From the NCBI GenBank assembly GCA_964291315.2, contig OZ219753.1:512001-576000 (forward strand): DNA of 64,000 bases, written 5' to 3'. The notes under the pieces are model-generated. The model was not told the DNA's origin. It saw nothing but the letters and a program-made list of their open reading frames with translations, and did not search any database. Both the position numbers and the translations under genes were made by a program. This DNA comes from Candidatus Poribacteria bacterium (lineage in GTDB: Bacteria > Poribacteria > WGA-4E > WGA-3G). Below are positions 1 through 10,497 of this stretch, in pieces. Every line of letters starts with the position of its first letter. Within the stretch, counting starts at the first letter, position 1.

Positions 1-2783
1 TGCTCCTTGAATTCTTCGTAAGCTCCCTCCGAGATTTCCCCATCAGAGGCGTGCAGCTGGATCTGTACGTCTTGAAAACTTGATTGCAGATGGTGCAAGA
101 GCTGTAAGACATCGCTCACTTTTCCGGATGGCAGTGTAAAGCGGATACCGATTTCGGTCTTGGTAAGAACCGGTGTTGGCGGCGGTGACGGCTCGGGCGG
201 CGGTGAAGTGTTCACGTCTGTTGTTCCTCTCACGCCTCCTCGGTCTGGCGGCTCTACGACAAGCCCCGTGCAAAGTGATGCAGCGAGGATCAGTTCGTTA
301 TCCGCAAAGGTAAGCGGCGGGCACTTCTCTCTAAACGCTCGCGGCACAAATGTATCACCGATGTTCTCACCGAGACCAAACACACCGCTCTCAACGCCTT
401 CACGGATCGCCGCCTCCCACACACTGCGAAGCGGGCGTGCACAATTATCGCCTCCCGACGCATATGAGAACGGGTGAGACGTGGAAATCGCATCGGTGTC
501 TCCCAGGTACTCGCGGAGGATATCCTCGGTTGTGATGCGCTCACGGATGAGATGCGGCTTCATAATCACTTCGCTATCCTCTAAGGTTACCTCTGACGGC
601 AGCTCCCTAAAGGTGCCGGGGATCAGTTTATCGGCTGTTTTCTCACCGAGGGCGAAGAACCCCTTTTCAACACCTTCCTTGATGCTCGCTACCCATGCAT
701 CCCGAAGAACCCGCTGCTCTCCCGGTGCACGCAGACTCGTGTGGAAGAGTTGTGCCGTCGGCAGTAGCTCCCGCTCGTTCTGATCAAGATAGCGGATTGA
801 GAGGTTTCGCGGTCCGATGCTTGTTAAGACGTGCTCTTTCATACAGAGCATCTCATAGATGTCCTCATCAAGCGGCTTGTCCATACCGGAGGCAGGCAGT
901 CCGAGGTCTTCGGTATCGAAACCGTCCCTGGTCGGTATCAGCACCATTCGATAGTCTTGACGTGCCGCGGCTTTCAAGGCATCTCTGGACTGCTTGAGCG
1001 TGTTGTTAATCTCTTGCCGCTGTGTCGCAGATAGGTTCAGTGCCTTATCTTTCTTAATCTCTTCGTAGGCGAGCACCTCTTTTGTCTTTTCTTCTAATTG
1101 CTCGGGTGTCCCTGATACTGGCACGAGGAAAAAGAGCGTATTGCGGTAAATGCGCGGCTTGTCACCGCGAGACTCGCTGAGCCTTTGGCAAAGTGCGTCA
1201 TCTTGTTTGGAGAGAACCACCAGCTTCAGTACCTCGGTGTCCGGGATATCGGTGCTCTTCGTTGGCGAGATATACGTCTGCATTTTAGCGGACGTAGCGG
1301 TGAGTCGCTGAAGTTGGGCGTGCATCCGTTTCGCAATGTCTTCAGGCGCGAGGTTCTCCATCCGGGTGCGCACAATCCGCTTCAGATTCGGTTGCGTGTC
1401 AAAATAAGCAGTGCCGTTCTCGGTGCGGAGATAAAAGAGATGCTCAGCCAGCTGGCTCTTCGCTGAATCTATGATCGCCGCGGGTTGATCCACCGGCACT
1501 GTGCTGCGTTTAATCTCTTCGGAGCTGGCGCCTCGCTCCACACCGCCCGTAAACGAATACAAGAAGATAGTCGTGGCCGTGCGACTGCCGAGCGCCAACT
1601 TCTCGTAGGTATCGCCCAGGGCGTTATCGGCAGCCTTCGCGCCCGCGTTGTAGCCCGTGATGTCGCTGGCGATGACGCTTTTGTATTGAGCGTCTATGTG
1701 TTCAAGGAGTTCCTCGCGGATATCGGTGTCCGATAAGTCAAAATCGGCAAGCGTCAGATACGGACGCTGCTTGCCACATGCACGATTCACCACGCGTGCG
1801 AGCAACCTGAGCACGCCTCTTGTTCGTTGAAAGTTGGGAAAACTGCCCCATCTATGATATAGCACCTCTATAACCTCGGGCAGGAACGGATAGCTCGCTA
1901 GGAATCGCTCTCGATACTCGGACTCTTGTGTGCCCGTTGGCAGAATGCCTTCTTTTCTCGCGTGCCGGGCGAAGTCGCGAACTATCTTCTTAGCCTCGGT
2001 GTGCTTGAAATCATCTTTAGAGAAGAGCCTATGCCGGATGACGCTGGCGATCTCGGCATCGTTGACCGGCGTGATCGTCCGGCTCATTCGCTTCAGCAGG
2101 TCTCGGAAGAGGGGGAAGCGACTCTCAAGGGGCGCGACCTCGCTCTCTTGCAGCGTCACAACAAAGACGACGTGCGGAGAGGCTGCCACCGCCTCTGTCA
2201 GCGAAAGCATAAACGCGATGCTCTGCTCGGCTAAGGTGCTGCCTTCCACAGCGATGCCCGCAGCAGAAGTCAAGTAGTGCAGCACCTCATCCATCAAGAT
2301 CAGCACCGGTCTGCTGCTCTTTTTGAACAATTCTGCGATGCTGTTGCCGCCCGGGCGGATCTGTGTGCCGAAGTGGGTGATCCGTCCCGTGAGCTGCCTC
2401 TCTATCTCTCCCCAGAAGGTGTCGGTGGTGTCTATCTCGGAGCCGACAATGGCGACGGGCGTTGCGTTCCACTCCTTCGCCTTGTGGTAAAGAGCGATGA
2501 GCGTGTGCGTTTTGCCACCGCCAAACGGGGTCTGCAGCTGCAGGATCGGGTCCTGGTTCTGGCGGTCTCGCCCTTTTAGTCGTCCCTCGATGCCAGAGAT
2601 CAAGCCTTTCAACCCATCGGTGAGATAGGTTTTCTGAAAGAACTGCTGGGCATTTTTGTACTCAGAGGGTCCTTGGTTTTTGACCACCTGTCCGAGCTTC
2701 GCGGCATAGGTGTCGGCTGTGAAGAGGCCGCGTAGGATATCTCTATGCGGTTTGGCAATTGTTTCAAATGCTACCGGTTTCAT
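1..2783 (-). CDS. DUF499 family AAA+/P-loop ATPase (runs off the left edge; absent from the ORF track)
   Basis: Manual translation from ATG 2783: MKPVAFETIAKPHRDILRG...DPILQLQTPFGGGKTHTLIALYH (DUF499 Walker A signature). The 5' and 3' portions translated by hand are open and the frame reaches the window edge. ATGA overlap with the methyltransferase stop. Confidence 0.9.
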   Translation of the reverse strand, partial: MKPVAFETIAKPHRDILRGLFTADTYAAKLGQVVKNQGPSEYKNAQQFFQKTYLTDGLKGLISGIEGRLKGRDRQNQDPILQLQTPFGGGKTHTLIALYHKAKEWNATPVAIVGSEIDTTDTFWGEIERQLTGRITHFGTQIRPGGNSIAELFKKSSRPVLILMDEVLHYLTSAAGIAVEGSTLAEQSIAFMLSLTEAVAASPHVVFVVTLQESEVAPLESRFPLFRDLLKRMSRTITPVNDAEIASVIRHRLFSKDDFKHTEAKKIVRDFARHARKEGILPTGTQESEYRERFLASYPFLPEVIEVLYHRWGSFPNFQRTRGVLRLLARVVNRACGKQRPYLTLADFDLSDTDIREELLEHIDAQYKSVIASDITGYNAGAKAADNALGDTYEKLALGSRTATTIFLYSFTGGVERGASSEEIKRSTVPVDQPAAIIDSAKSQLAEHLFYLRTENGTAYFDTQPNLKRIVRTRMENLAPEDIAKRMHAQLQRLTATSAKMQTYISPTKSTDIPDTEVLKLVVLSKQDDALCQRLSESRGDKPRIYRNTLFFLVPVSGTPEQLEEKTKEVLAYEEIKKDKALNLSATQRQEINNTLKQSRDALKAAARQDYRMVLIPTRDGFDTEDLGLPASGMDKPLDEDIYEMLCMKEHVLTSIGPRNLSIRYLDQNERELLPTAQLFHTSLRAPGEQRVLRDAWVASIKEGVEKGFFALGEKTADKLIPGTFRELPSEVTLEDSEVIMKPHLIRERITTEDILREYLGDTDAISTSHPFSYASGGDNCARPLRSVWEAAIREGVESGVFGLGENIGDTFVPRAFREKCPPLTFADNELILAASLCTGLVVEPPDRGGVRGTTDVNTSPPPEPSPPPTPVLTKTEIGIRFTLPSGKVSDVLQLLHHLQSSFQDVQIQLHASDGEISEGAYEEFKE

Positions 2784-5478
2784 GGTAAAATCTCCTGTTG
2801 CGTGTTTTCCGAGGCTTTTGCGACTTCGCGCTGAATGGCGGCTTTGCCCGCAAGCCAGCCGTCAAGCCATTGCCGTTCCTGATTGTCGCTCGGCAGCGCG
2901 TCTCTTATCTGCTCTGCTACGTTCCATACCAGCTCGTTGAGGCCGACATTCCGCTTCGAAAGACACTGGATCATTTCAGAGCTGTTGCTAGACGACCAGA
3001 GCAGCAGGGCACGGTGCAGAATATCTATCAACTCTTCGCTGCCGGAGAGGTCGGTGTCCTTTCGATCCTGAGGTCCCAGAACCCGCACGTTCGTCTTCTC
3101 CTGCTGGATAAAACTCTCTGCACCCCACACTTCGGTTAGCTCAATACCGAGGGAAAAAGCGAGCTCGCGGGCATCGTTGAAAGGTGCAGCCTTTGCACCG
3201 TGTTGCCGCCGCCACCGGAGGTAAAAACGGGTAAGATCCGTGCCTGCTGCACCCGATTGATCGTCCTCGAACCGCAAGAGTATCTCCCGGATGTCAGCGA
3301 TCATTTTATCGGCACGCACGACGTTGTCGTCTTTGTCGAGCACCTGTTGATAGGCACCGAACACCTCAATCCCGATCCCAATTGCAGCGATGAACAGACC
3401 GACCCCAGAGAACCCCCACTCCCACAAGGTAAAGAGGCGCTGTTCTAAGTAGCTCTCCATTTCCGTTTTAACGTCCTGATAGAGCCCGAGGGGTTTCCGA
3501 TCTCTCTTGCGGGCGACCATGTAGATAGTGGATGAAAGAACTGCAGAGTCTTGTGCTCGGAGCCGAGAGGGCAGCTCTGTATCTATGGGCCACGCCGCCG
3601 TGATGACAAGTTCCGATTCCAAGAGGGCGTTAATCAAAGCTTCCCAGCCTGCCGTGGATTTGTGGCCGTAGACAATAATTGCGATGCCGTCTGCTTTTAA
3701 CACGCGATGCATCTCCTGAAACGCCATCGCAAGGCCGACTTCAAACAACTGCTTACCTGCCTTCAATCCGCCCGGGCCATGCCCGTAAGCCACGATCTCC
3801 CCTTCCTTCGGTGTCAAGGGGGTTTTAAAGAGCTCGGGGTAGTGTGCGCCGATACTCCGTTTCAGCCACACATAGAAGAATTCGGAGAGATAGGCATATG
3901 CCACGTTATTGTAGTAAGGAGGATCGGTGAGGATAGCATCGAAGGTGTCGTCTGGATAGGGGAGGCTCAGGGCGGATGCCTGTCTCACGGTGGATACAGG
4001 CTCCCTGTCCATTTGGCAGAGATGCGCCATCGACCTGAGAACGGTTTTTAATCGATTTGCCCCGACACGAAACGGGTTCGCCTCTCCATAATCCCAGACC
4101 ATCAGCAACGCTGCTATTGAGAAAATTTTATCAGCAGCTTCATGTGTGTTCACCCATGGACTAAGGTTAGAACCAGTGTCAGCGACACGATCCAACCAGA
4201 GCCCTAAGTAGGTGCAGACCGCCTTGGCGTATTCAGGGTCATAGTTCTCACGCGCTTGCATTTCTGCAGCGGCACCGCGAATCTTCTCTGTCAGGGTGAC
4301 GAGGGTGAGTTGTTGGCGAGGATTGAACAGATCACCATAGGTCTTCAGGTTGTAATTATCTAATTTACCCCCCAGCACCCTGGAATCAGGTGTTGGTTCA
4401 TCGGGTACCGGGTCAATCCCCCACTTGTCTTTGAGGAGCGAACGTTTTTCGGAAAGTCGTTGCTGTGCGCGCTTGAAAATTACGAGGTCTTCCGCAGTCG
4501 CAAGTCGATACGATCTGCCGGTCCGTTTTGAGTGATGTGTTACCACCGCCAGCATCCGCTCACCCGAGTGCCCCTCTTGAAAGAAGCGGCGCGTCTGCTC
4601 CGCAGCGATGGTGTTCTGGCAAAGCGGACACGTAACAATAGACCGGGAAATCGTGCCCTTCGCAGGCTCAAAGCCGTCCGGCATCGCCGCGTGCCCTGTG
4701 CCGACAATGCGGAAACCGATCTGTCCCTCAGCATCATAGGGGAACAGCGCTATTTGCTTGGATTTATCTTTCTTTTTTTCATTTTTCTTTTGTGCCAACC
4801 AGAATTGACGCATGAGCGGAATAACCGCATTGCAATTCAGGTTTTGACACGGTAGCGTGCGCGCCCAAATATAGGCGTAGACCTCCGAGCCGTCCGGCTC
4901 TTTCGGGTAGAAAGCCGTAAGCTCCGTCTTTATCTCTGCAAGTATCCGCTCTCCCCACCTCTTGACATCGTCGTAAAGGCGCTGTCCATATCTTTGCGGG
5001 TATTCGAGGTTGCACTTCTGGATTAGAACAGAGAGCGGGTTGAGGTCAGTGGCGTGCGTTTCGCAGCCGAGTCGTTGTGCTTCCAACGGAATGGCCCCGG
5101 TTCCCCCGAAGGGGTCTAGGATTTTAGGCGGTTTTCCGTTGTGAGACCGTAGGATATCTGCTCTCGCCTGTTGGATCCAGAGCGGGTTGAGAGCGTTCTC
5201 CCATCTGGCGAGTTCTGCGATGAAATTGTGTTTAGGGGGGAGTAGGGAGGTATGTGTGGATGTGTTAATATACTTATCACATGTGGATATGGGGGGGTCA
5301 GGGGCGAATCTGCGCGGACTAGTGCAGCATAAGCTGTAGCACGCGATGGCCCCAGCGGACGACTCGCCCAATAGATGTGCAGACCCGTAATTTGGGATTT
5401 GTGTTTGTCGCGGCGCCCCTCTCTGCTCACGGCCTCCACCGGAAATCCGACTTCAATGATACGTCTGTTGTCGTTCAT
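2780..5478 (-). pseudogene. DUF1156 adenine-specific DNA methyltransferase, split by a frameshift near 5230-5320
   Basis: ORF 5478..5116 gives the DUF1156 N-terminus (IIEVGFPVEAVS...LHIYWASRPL..SRA.AYAAL). ORF 5371..2780 gives motif I DPFGGTG, Cys pairs and motif IV TDPPY. The two frames differ by 1 nt. Confidence 0.85.
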
Positions 5479-5594
5479 ATATTCACTGCTTTCTATAAGG
5501 TAATTTGAGCTTCAATAAATAATCTACTGTTCTCTTTCTCTAAAGTCCCTTTTGTACAATAACGTGAATTAAAACAATATCTAGGGGAGCTCTT

Positions 5595-5651
5595 TTGTAG
5601 CATAGACTGTCAGTCTCTGCCTCTTCAACACTTATAGCAAAACCTGTTAAG
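5595..5651. repeat. Dispersed ~37-bp repeat family (TTGTAGCATAGACTGTCAGTCTcTGCCTCTTCA...), about 1.5 units
   Basis: TTGTAGCATAGACTGTCAG is identical at 5595 and 58935. Reverse-complement copies at ~47930-47962 and ~59213-59286. Confidence 0.75.
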
Positions 5652-5914
5652 CTATACTAAGGGTCCTCTTTATCCAAAGAGGAGCAAAATAATTACCAAG
5701 CTCGCGTTATAAATTATTGTAAGTTATCATATCAAATCACGATTTAATTGTCCAATTGATTTTTAATAGGTGATATGTCGGTTCTTATAGTTTTGGCTAC
5801 TGTAGGACGGATTGCGACATCTCGATGGATGTATTCGGGCATTGGAGTTCCCTGCCACAGAAAAGAGAACAGCATTCGGATTCATAGGATTTGTAGCATT
5901 GATATTTAATTAAT

Positions 5915-5943
5915 TTGACAGGTGCGGAAAAATAGTGTATAAT
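5915..5943 (+). promoter_or_regulatory. Consensus sigma70 promoter of the tRNA-tig-clp operon
   Basis: TTGACA-17 nt-TATAAT about 115 nt upstream of tRNA-Pro. Confidence 0.8.
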
Positions 5944-6056
5944 TTAAACGTCTTGGGAAGAGATCTGTCAAGTGACCTTACAAATGTGCTGACAGTTGCG
6001 GACGCAGTTTTTAGTGAGAAGTGGGTCACTTGTAAGTATAGGCGCTGAGTAAGTCT

Positions 6057-6132
<76 letters not shown>

Positions 6133-6162
6133 TAAAAAAAAAGAATGGGCTATTTAACACAA

Positions 6163-6236
<74 letters not shown>

Positions 6237-6256
6237 CTTTTCATAACTCAAAACGT

Positions 6257-6329
6257 GGTGGATGTAGCTCAGGGGTAGAGCACTTGACTGTGGATCAAGT
6301 GGTCGTGGGTTCAAATCCCATCATCCACC
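6257..6329 (+). tRNA. tRNA-His(GTG)
   Basis: G-1 plus GTGGATG/CATCCAC acceptor, anticodon arm CTTGA-CT GTG GA-TCAAG. Confidence 0.97.
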
Positions 6330-6364
6330 CTCATTCATATCTCGGGGCCGGCTGTGCGGCAGAA

Positions 6365-6497
6365 CGCCCGGTTGAATACGGGGACATCAGAAAGCAGTAA
6401 GTGTCCATTCCGTTCACTGCGAATCATTGGTGGGATATTCCGAGAACAAGCAAACGCCACGGTTAGAACAAGAGACGTGGATCTGTCCCAACGGGCG
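6365..6497 (+). ncRNA. Candidate structured RNA between tRNA-His and tRNA-Lys
   Basis: Nested helices CGCCCG/CGGGCG, GGACAT/GTGTCC, TGGGATA/TGTCCCA and CCACG/CGTGG. No family recognised. Confidence 0.3.
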
Positions 6498-6513
6498 AGA
6501 ATACCAACCAGGT

Positions 6514-6586
6514 GCGCCGTTAGCTCAATTGGCAGAGCATCTGACTCTTAATCAGGCGGTTGAAGGTTCGATTCCTTCACGGCGCA
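6514..6586 (+). tRNA. tRNA-Lys(CTT)
   Basis: Acceptor GCGCCGT/ACGGCGC, anticodon arm TCTGA-CT CTT AA-TCAGG. Confidence 0.97.
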
Positions 6587-6608
6587 TCGCTTCTAATATA
6601 GAACGTTC

Positions 6609-6693
6609 GGGCGGGTGCTGGAATTGGTAGACAGGATAGACTTAGGATCTATTGGGGTTACGCCTCGTGAGGGTTCAAGTCCCTCCTCGCCCA
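6609..6693 (+). tRNA. tRNA-Leu(TAG)
   Basis: Acceptor GGGCGGG/CTCGCCC, anticodon arm ATAGA-CT TAG GA-TCTAT, long variable arm. Typical position upstream of tig. Confidence 0.96.
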
Positions 6694-6833
6694 TGATTGC
6701 AAGAAATTGGTGGCGGCCGGGAAACAGCGGCGGTTAACCTCCGACATTGCTACCTATCACTTGCCAAGAAACAGGCACCATCAGTGATTTGAAAGCACCC
6801 GGGCTCTCAACGCTCGGCATGAGGACAAAAGAC

Positions 6834-8138
6834 TTGAAAGTTCAAATTGAAAGGTTAGATGCCACACGAGTTCGACTCAATATAGAGGTTCCATCCGAAG
6901 ATGTTAACAATGCGTTAACGGAAACTTATGAAACGTTGCGAGGAAGAGCTTCTATTCCCGGTTTTCGCAAAGGGCGCGTCCCAATAGCCATCCTTAAGTC
7001 GCGATTTCCAGAATACGTCAACTCAGAAGCTATCCGATATCTCGTTACTCCTGCTTACGAAGACGCAATTAATAGTGAAAAACTTAATCCTATTTCACAA
7101 CCTACTTTCTTACCCTCCCTTAATGAATTGCAGGTCGAGGAAAATAAACCGCTGAGCTTCTCTGCAACCGTGGAGACGCGACCCAATATCCAGCTCCCGA
7201 ATTACGACGAATTGACCATCGATAAAAATCCCGTTGATGTCCCACGAGAGGATGTTGATGCCTATGTTACACGGCTACAAGCACATTCCGCAACCTATGA
7301 ACCCCTCGATGTTGAACGCCCAATTCAAGAAGGCGATTGTGTGCGTATGGATTGGGAATGTCTAATCGACGGCGAACGAATTGAAACCGAATCGCGACAA
7401 GATGCTGACATAGAAATTGGAAACGCGGATATCCACGAAACACTCGAACACGCCTTGATCGGGATGCAAATCGGCGATACAAAATCTGTAGACATTCAAC
7501 TCTCACAAGAACACAGTGATCCTAACCTTGCTGGAAAATCCGCCCGTTATGAAATTATGCCGCATGCTATCACGCAAAAACATCTCCCTGATTTAGATGA
7601 CGAATTCGCAAAAGACCTCGGCTATGAAAATTATTCTCAACTCTACGGAATGATATGGAACAACCTTGTCGAGGAGGAAACGAGTCTGCATGTCGAAAAA
7701 CAAAAATCAGAGCTCCTAAACCAACTCATCGAAAAGACAGATATTCCTATCCCCGAGCCTCTAGTAGAGCAATATGTACAACAAACCCTTCAGACTTTTC
7801 AACAGCAGCTGGCAACCGAAGGTAAAACGCCCGAACAGGCCGGAATTGACCTTAATATACTCCCCGATGAATTGCGGAAAGATGTCATCAAACAAACAAA
7901 ACAGTCATGGATTTTCGAGGCAATAGCCGAAAAAGAAGGTGTTTTCGTAACTGATGACGAACTCGAATACGAAATTCGGCGCGCCGCCGAACGACAAAAC
8001 CGGGACGCTCAAAAATACGCTGCACTGCTCAAATCAAACAATCGATTAGAGGAATTACGGGGGCAGCTACGACATGAAAAAATTTATCAGATCCTGATTC
8101 ACCGCGCTGCTGCTAAACAGGCGCTTGTCATTACCTAA
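6834..8138 (+). CDS. tig: Trigger factor
   Basis: IPGFRKGRVP ribosome-binding signature, FKBP domain, PDLDDEFAK. Probable TTG start at 6834 after GAGGA. Confidence 0.96.
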   Translation: MKVQIERLDATRVRLNIEVPSEDVNNALTETYETLRGRASIPGFRKGRVPIAILKSRFPEYVNSEAIRYLVTPAYEDAINSEKLNPISQPTFLPSLNELQVEENKPLSFSATVETRPNIQLPNYDELTIDKNPVDVPREDVDAYVTRLQAHSATYEPLDVERPIQEGDCVRMDWECLIDGERIETESRQDADIEIGNADIHETLEHALIGMQIGDTKSVDIQLSQEHSDPNLAGKSARYEIMPHAITQKHLPDLDDEFAKDLGYENYSQLYGMIWNNLVEEETSLHVEKQKSELLNQLIEKTDIPIPEPLVEQYVQQTLQTFQQQLATEGKTPEQAGIDLNILPDELRKDVIKQTKQSWIFEAIAEKEGVFVTDDELEYEIRRAAERQNRDAQKYAALLKSNNRLEELRGQLRHEKIYQILIHRAAAKQALVIT

Positions 8139-8159
8139 GGAATAGTTAACCATCGAAAT

Positions 8160-8759
8160 ATGAATTTGATACCTGTCGTCGTTGAACAAACAAGCCGGGG
8201 AGAACGCTCCTATGACATCTATTCTCGCCTACTTGAAGACCGTATCATCATGATCGGGACGCCTATTGACGATGATGCCGTTGCAAACATTGTAACCGCC
8301 CAAATGCTCTTCCTTGAAGGAAAGGACCCGGATGCAGACATTGTGCTCTATATCAACACCCCCGGCGGCTCTGTCTCTGCAGGCCTGGCGATCTACGATA
8401 CAATGCAATACATCAAAGCCGATGTACAAACTTGGTGTTTGGGTAGAGCCTATAGTATGGGCGCTATCTTACTCGCCGCCGGGGCCCCGGGCAAACGCTA
8501 CGCCCTGCCACACGCCAAAGCACTCATCCACCAGCCCATGGCGAGTGGTATTAGCGGGCAAGCCTCTGATATCAGCATTCACGCAAGCGAAATTTTACAC
8601 GAACGCGATCGGCTCTACGCGATTCTAGCAAAACATACCGGACAAAACGTTGAAAAAATCGCTACCGATGCCGACAGAGATTTTTACATGACTGCAGAAC
8701 AAGCACTTGAATACGGATTGGTCGATCAGCTTGTTTCCCAACGCGCAACAGCCGAGTAG
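8160..8759 (+). CDS. clpP: ATP-dependent Clp protease proteolytic subunit
   Basis: [35 protein letters not shown] (Ser), IHQP (His), DRD. Confidence 0.98.
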   Translation: MNLIPVVVEQTSRGERSYDIYSRLLEDRIIMIGTPIDDDAVANIVTAQMLFLEGKDPDADIVLYINTPGGSVSAGLAIYDTMQYIKADVQTWCLGRAYSMGAILLAAGAPGKRYALPHAKALIHQPMASGISGQASDISIHASEILHERDRLYAILAKHTGQNVEKIATDADRDFYMTAEQALEYGLVDQLVSQRATAE

Positions 8760-8899
8760 TTGTCAAGCACCGGGGACCAATTCTGGATTAAAGAAGACAC
8801 TGGTAACAACATGTCCAGCTTTGCAGTCCATCGGAAACGGGGAAGTGTTACCAAGCTCACTATAGCTGGCTACTGACAACTATAAAAGGAGAAACCTGT

Positions 8900-10381
8900 A
8901 TGTCACAATCCATCCGCCGTGAGTTATTTTGTTCTTTCTGTCAACAGGATAGCGCACAAGTCCGACGCCTCTTTCAAGGCAGAGAAGCGAATATTTGCGT
9001 TGAATGTATTGTTCGACTCTCAGCGTCCACCGCCCAAGACGCTACCTGCGCTTTTTGTCAACGCAACAATACACTAGTCGAAAGACTCTTTAACGGCATT
9101 GACGCGAATATCTGTGACAAGTGTCTTGCTGAATGTCTTGCTGTCTGTAAGGACATTCTTGGACAACAACCGGAGAACAGTCTTGACGTGTTAACAGAAG
9201 AAGCCCCTCAAGAGAACCAAGAACTTCACACAAGACAACTAGCACAAACACAAGCCGAAAGCATAACGGCCTCCCAAGCACAAACGCAATATGAAACACC
9301 CGCAAAACCGCCTTCACCCGAAGAGATAAAAGCAAAACTTGATGAATACGTGATAGGTCAAGAAGAAGCAAAGAAAAACTTATCTGTTGCTGTTTATAAC
9401 TCCTATAAGCGATTACACCACGACGAAACAACAGACGACATCGAATTAGACAAAAGCAATATCTTACTCATAGGCCCAACAGGTACTGGAAAAACGCTAC
9501 TCGCTCAAACACTCGCTAAGGTCTTGGATGTTCCATTCGCTATTGCTGACGCAACGACACTGACCGAAGCTGGCTATGTCGGTGAAGATGTTGAAAATAT
9601 CATATTGAAGTTGGTACAGGCAGCCGATGGCGATGTTGCACGCGCTGAAACTGGTATCATCTATATTGATGAAATTGATAAGATTACACGAAAATCCGAA
9701 AACCCATCTATTACTCGAGATGTCTCCGGCGAAGGAGTCCAACAAGCACTGCTTAAAATCCTTGAAGGAACAACAGCAAGTGTTCCGCCCCATGGTGGTA
9801 GAAAGCATCCTCACCAAGAGATGATTGAGGTAAATACCAACAAAGTCTTGTTTATCTGCGGAGGAACCTTTATTGGTCTGGAGAAAGCTATTAAGGATAG
9901 ACTTGGGAAACAGAGCATCGGCTTTGGGACTACCATACAATCCAAGAATGAAACCAAAATTCATGAGATTATCGCACAAGTAACACCGAAAGATCTCATT
10001 AAATATGGATTTATACCGGAACTGATTGGACGACTCCCTATTGTTACAACCTTGCATGAATTAGATGCACCAGCGTTAATTCGTATCCTCACAGAGCCGA
10101 AGAACGCACTCGTCAAACAATACCGTCAGCTCTTAGCTTACGAAGGAGTCGAATTCCATGTAACCGAAGCTGCATTAACGGCCATCGCCGATGAGGTGAT
10201 TGAGCGAGAAACCGGGGCCCGGGGGTTAAGAGCTATTTTTGAGAAAATTATGCTCGATACCCTCTATCGACTCCCGTCACTCGAAAATGTTGAGGCATGT
10301 CATATTACAGAGGACGTTGTTCGCAAGAGTGAACCGCCGCAACTCATCTACAGAAAATCCGAAGAACTTAAAACCGCTTAA
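8900..10381 (+). CDS. clpX: Clp ATPase ClpX with two N-terminal C4 zinc-binding domains
   Basis: [44 protein letters not shown] and IGF loops. Confidence 0.98.
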   Translation: MSQSIRRELFCSFCQQDSAQVRRLFQGREANICVECIVRLSASTAQDATCAFCQRNNTLVERLFNGIDANICDKCLAECLAVCKDILGQQPENSLDVLTEEAPQENQELHTRQLAQTQAESITASQAQTQYETPAKPPSPEEIKAKLDEYVIGQEEAKKNLSVAVYNSYKRLHHDETTDDIELDKSNILLIGPTGTGKTLLAQTLAKVLDVPFAIADATTLTEAGYVGEDVENIILKLVQAADGDVARAETGIIYIDEIDKITRKSENPSITRDVSGEGVQQALLKILEGTTASVPPHGGRKHPHQEMIEVNTNKVLFICGGTFIGLEKAIKDRLGKQSIGFGTTIQSKNETKIHEIIAQVTPKDLIKYGFIPELIGRLPIVTTLHELDAPALIRILTEPKNALVKQYRQLLAYEGVEFHVTEAALTAIADEVIERETGARGLRAIFEKIMLDTLYRLPSLENVEACHITEDVVRKSEPPQLIYRKSEELKTA

Positions 10382-10394
10382 TAGATGCCATATC

Positions 10395-10480
10395 TCGGTT
10401 TTCGGTTAAAGAGCAAGTAAAGATAGAAAAAACGTTCACAAGCACCACAACGGGTGACCGACAGCTGACAACCGATAACT
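10395..10480. repeat. Palindromic heptamer-arm intergenic element
   Basis: Left arm CGGTTTT-CGGTTAA-AGAG; right arm CCGACAG-CTGACAA-CCGATAA. Similar arms near 8865-8882, 12943-13020 and 22766-22872. Confidence 0.6.
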
Positions 10481-10497
10481 ATGAGAGGACAAAAATC

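Noticed and set aside
43-2940. Numerous short + strand ORFs in the track
   Set aside because: They are antisense shadows of the DUF499 gene. The same applies to most short ORFs overlapping long genes across the window.
5969-6032. Inverted repeat CAAGTGACC/GGTCACTTG as a riboswitch or att site
   Set aside because: More simply a leader/processing stem of the tRNA transcript; no aptamer motif, tRNA 3' duplication or integrase was found.
6344-6510. tmRNA (GGGGCCG start) or SRP RNA (AAGCAG)
   Set aside because: No tRNA-like T-arm/acceptor 3' end and too short for tmRNA; the SRP CAGG..GNRA..AGCAG helix is absent.
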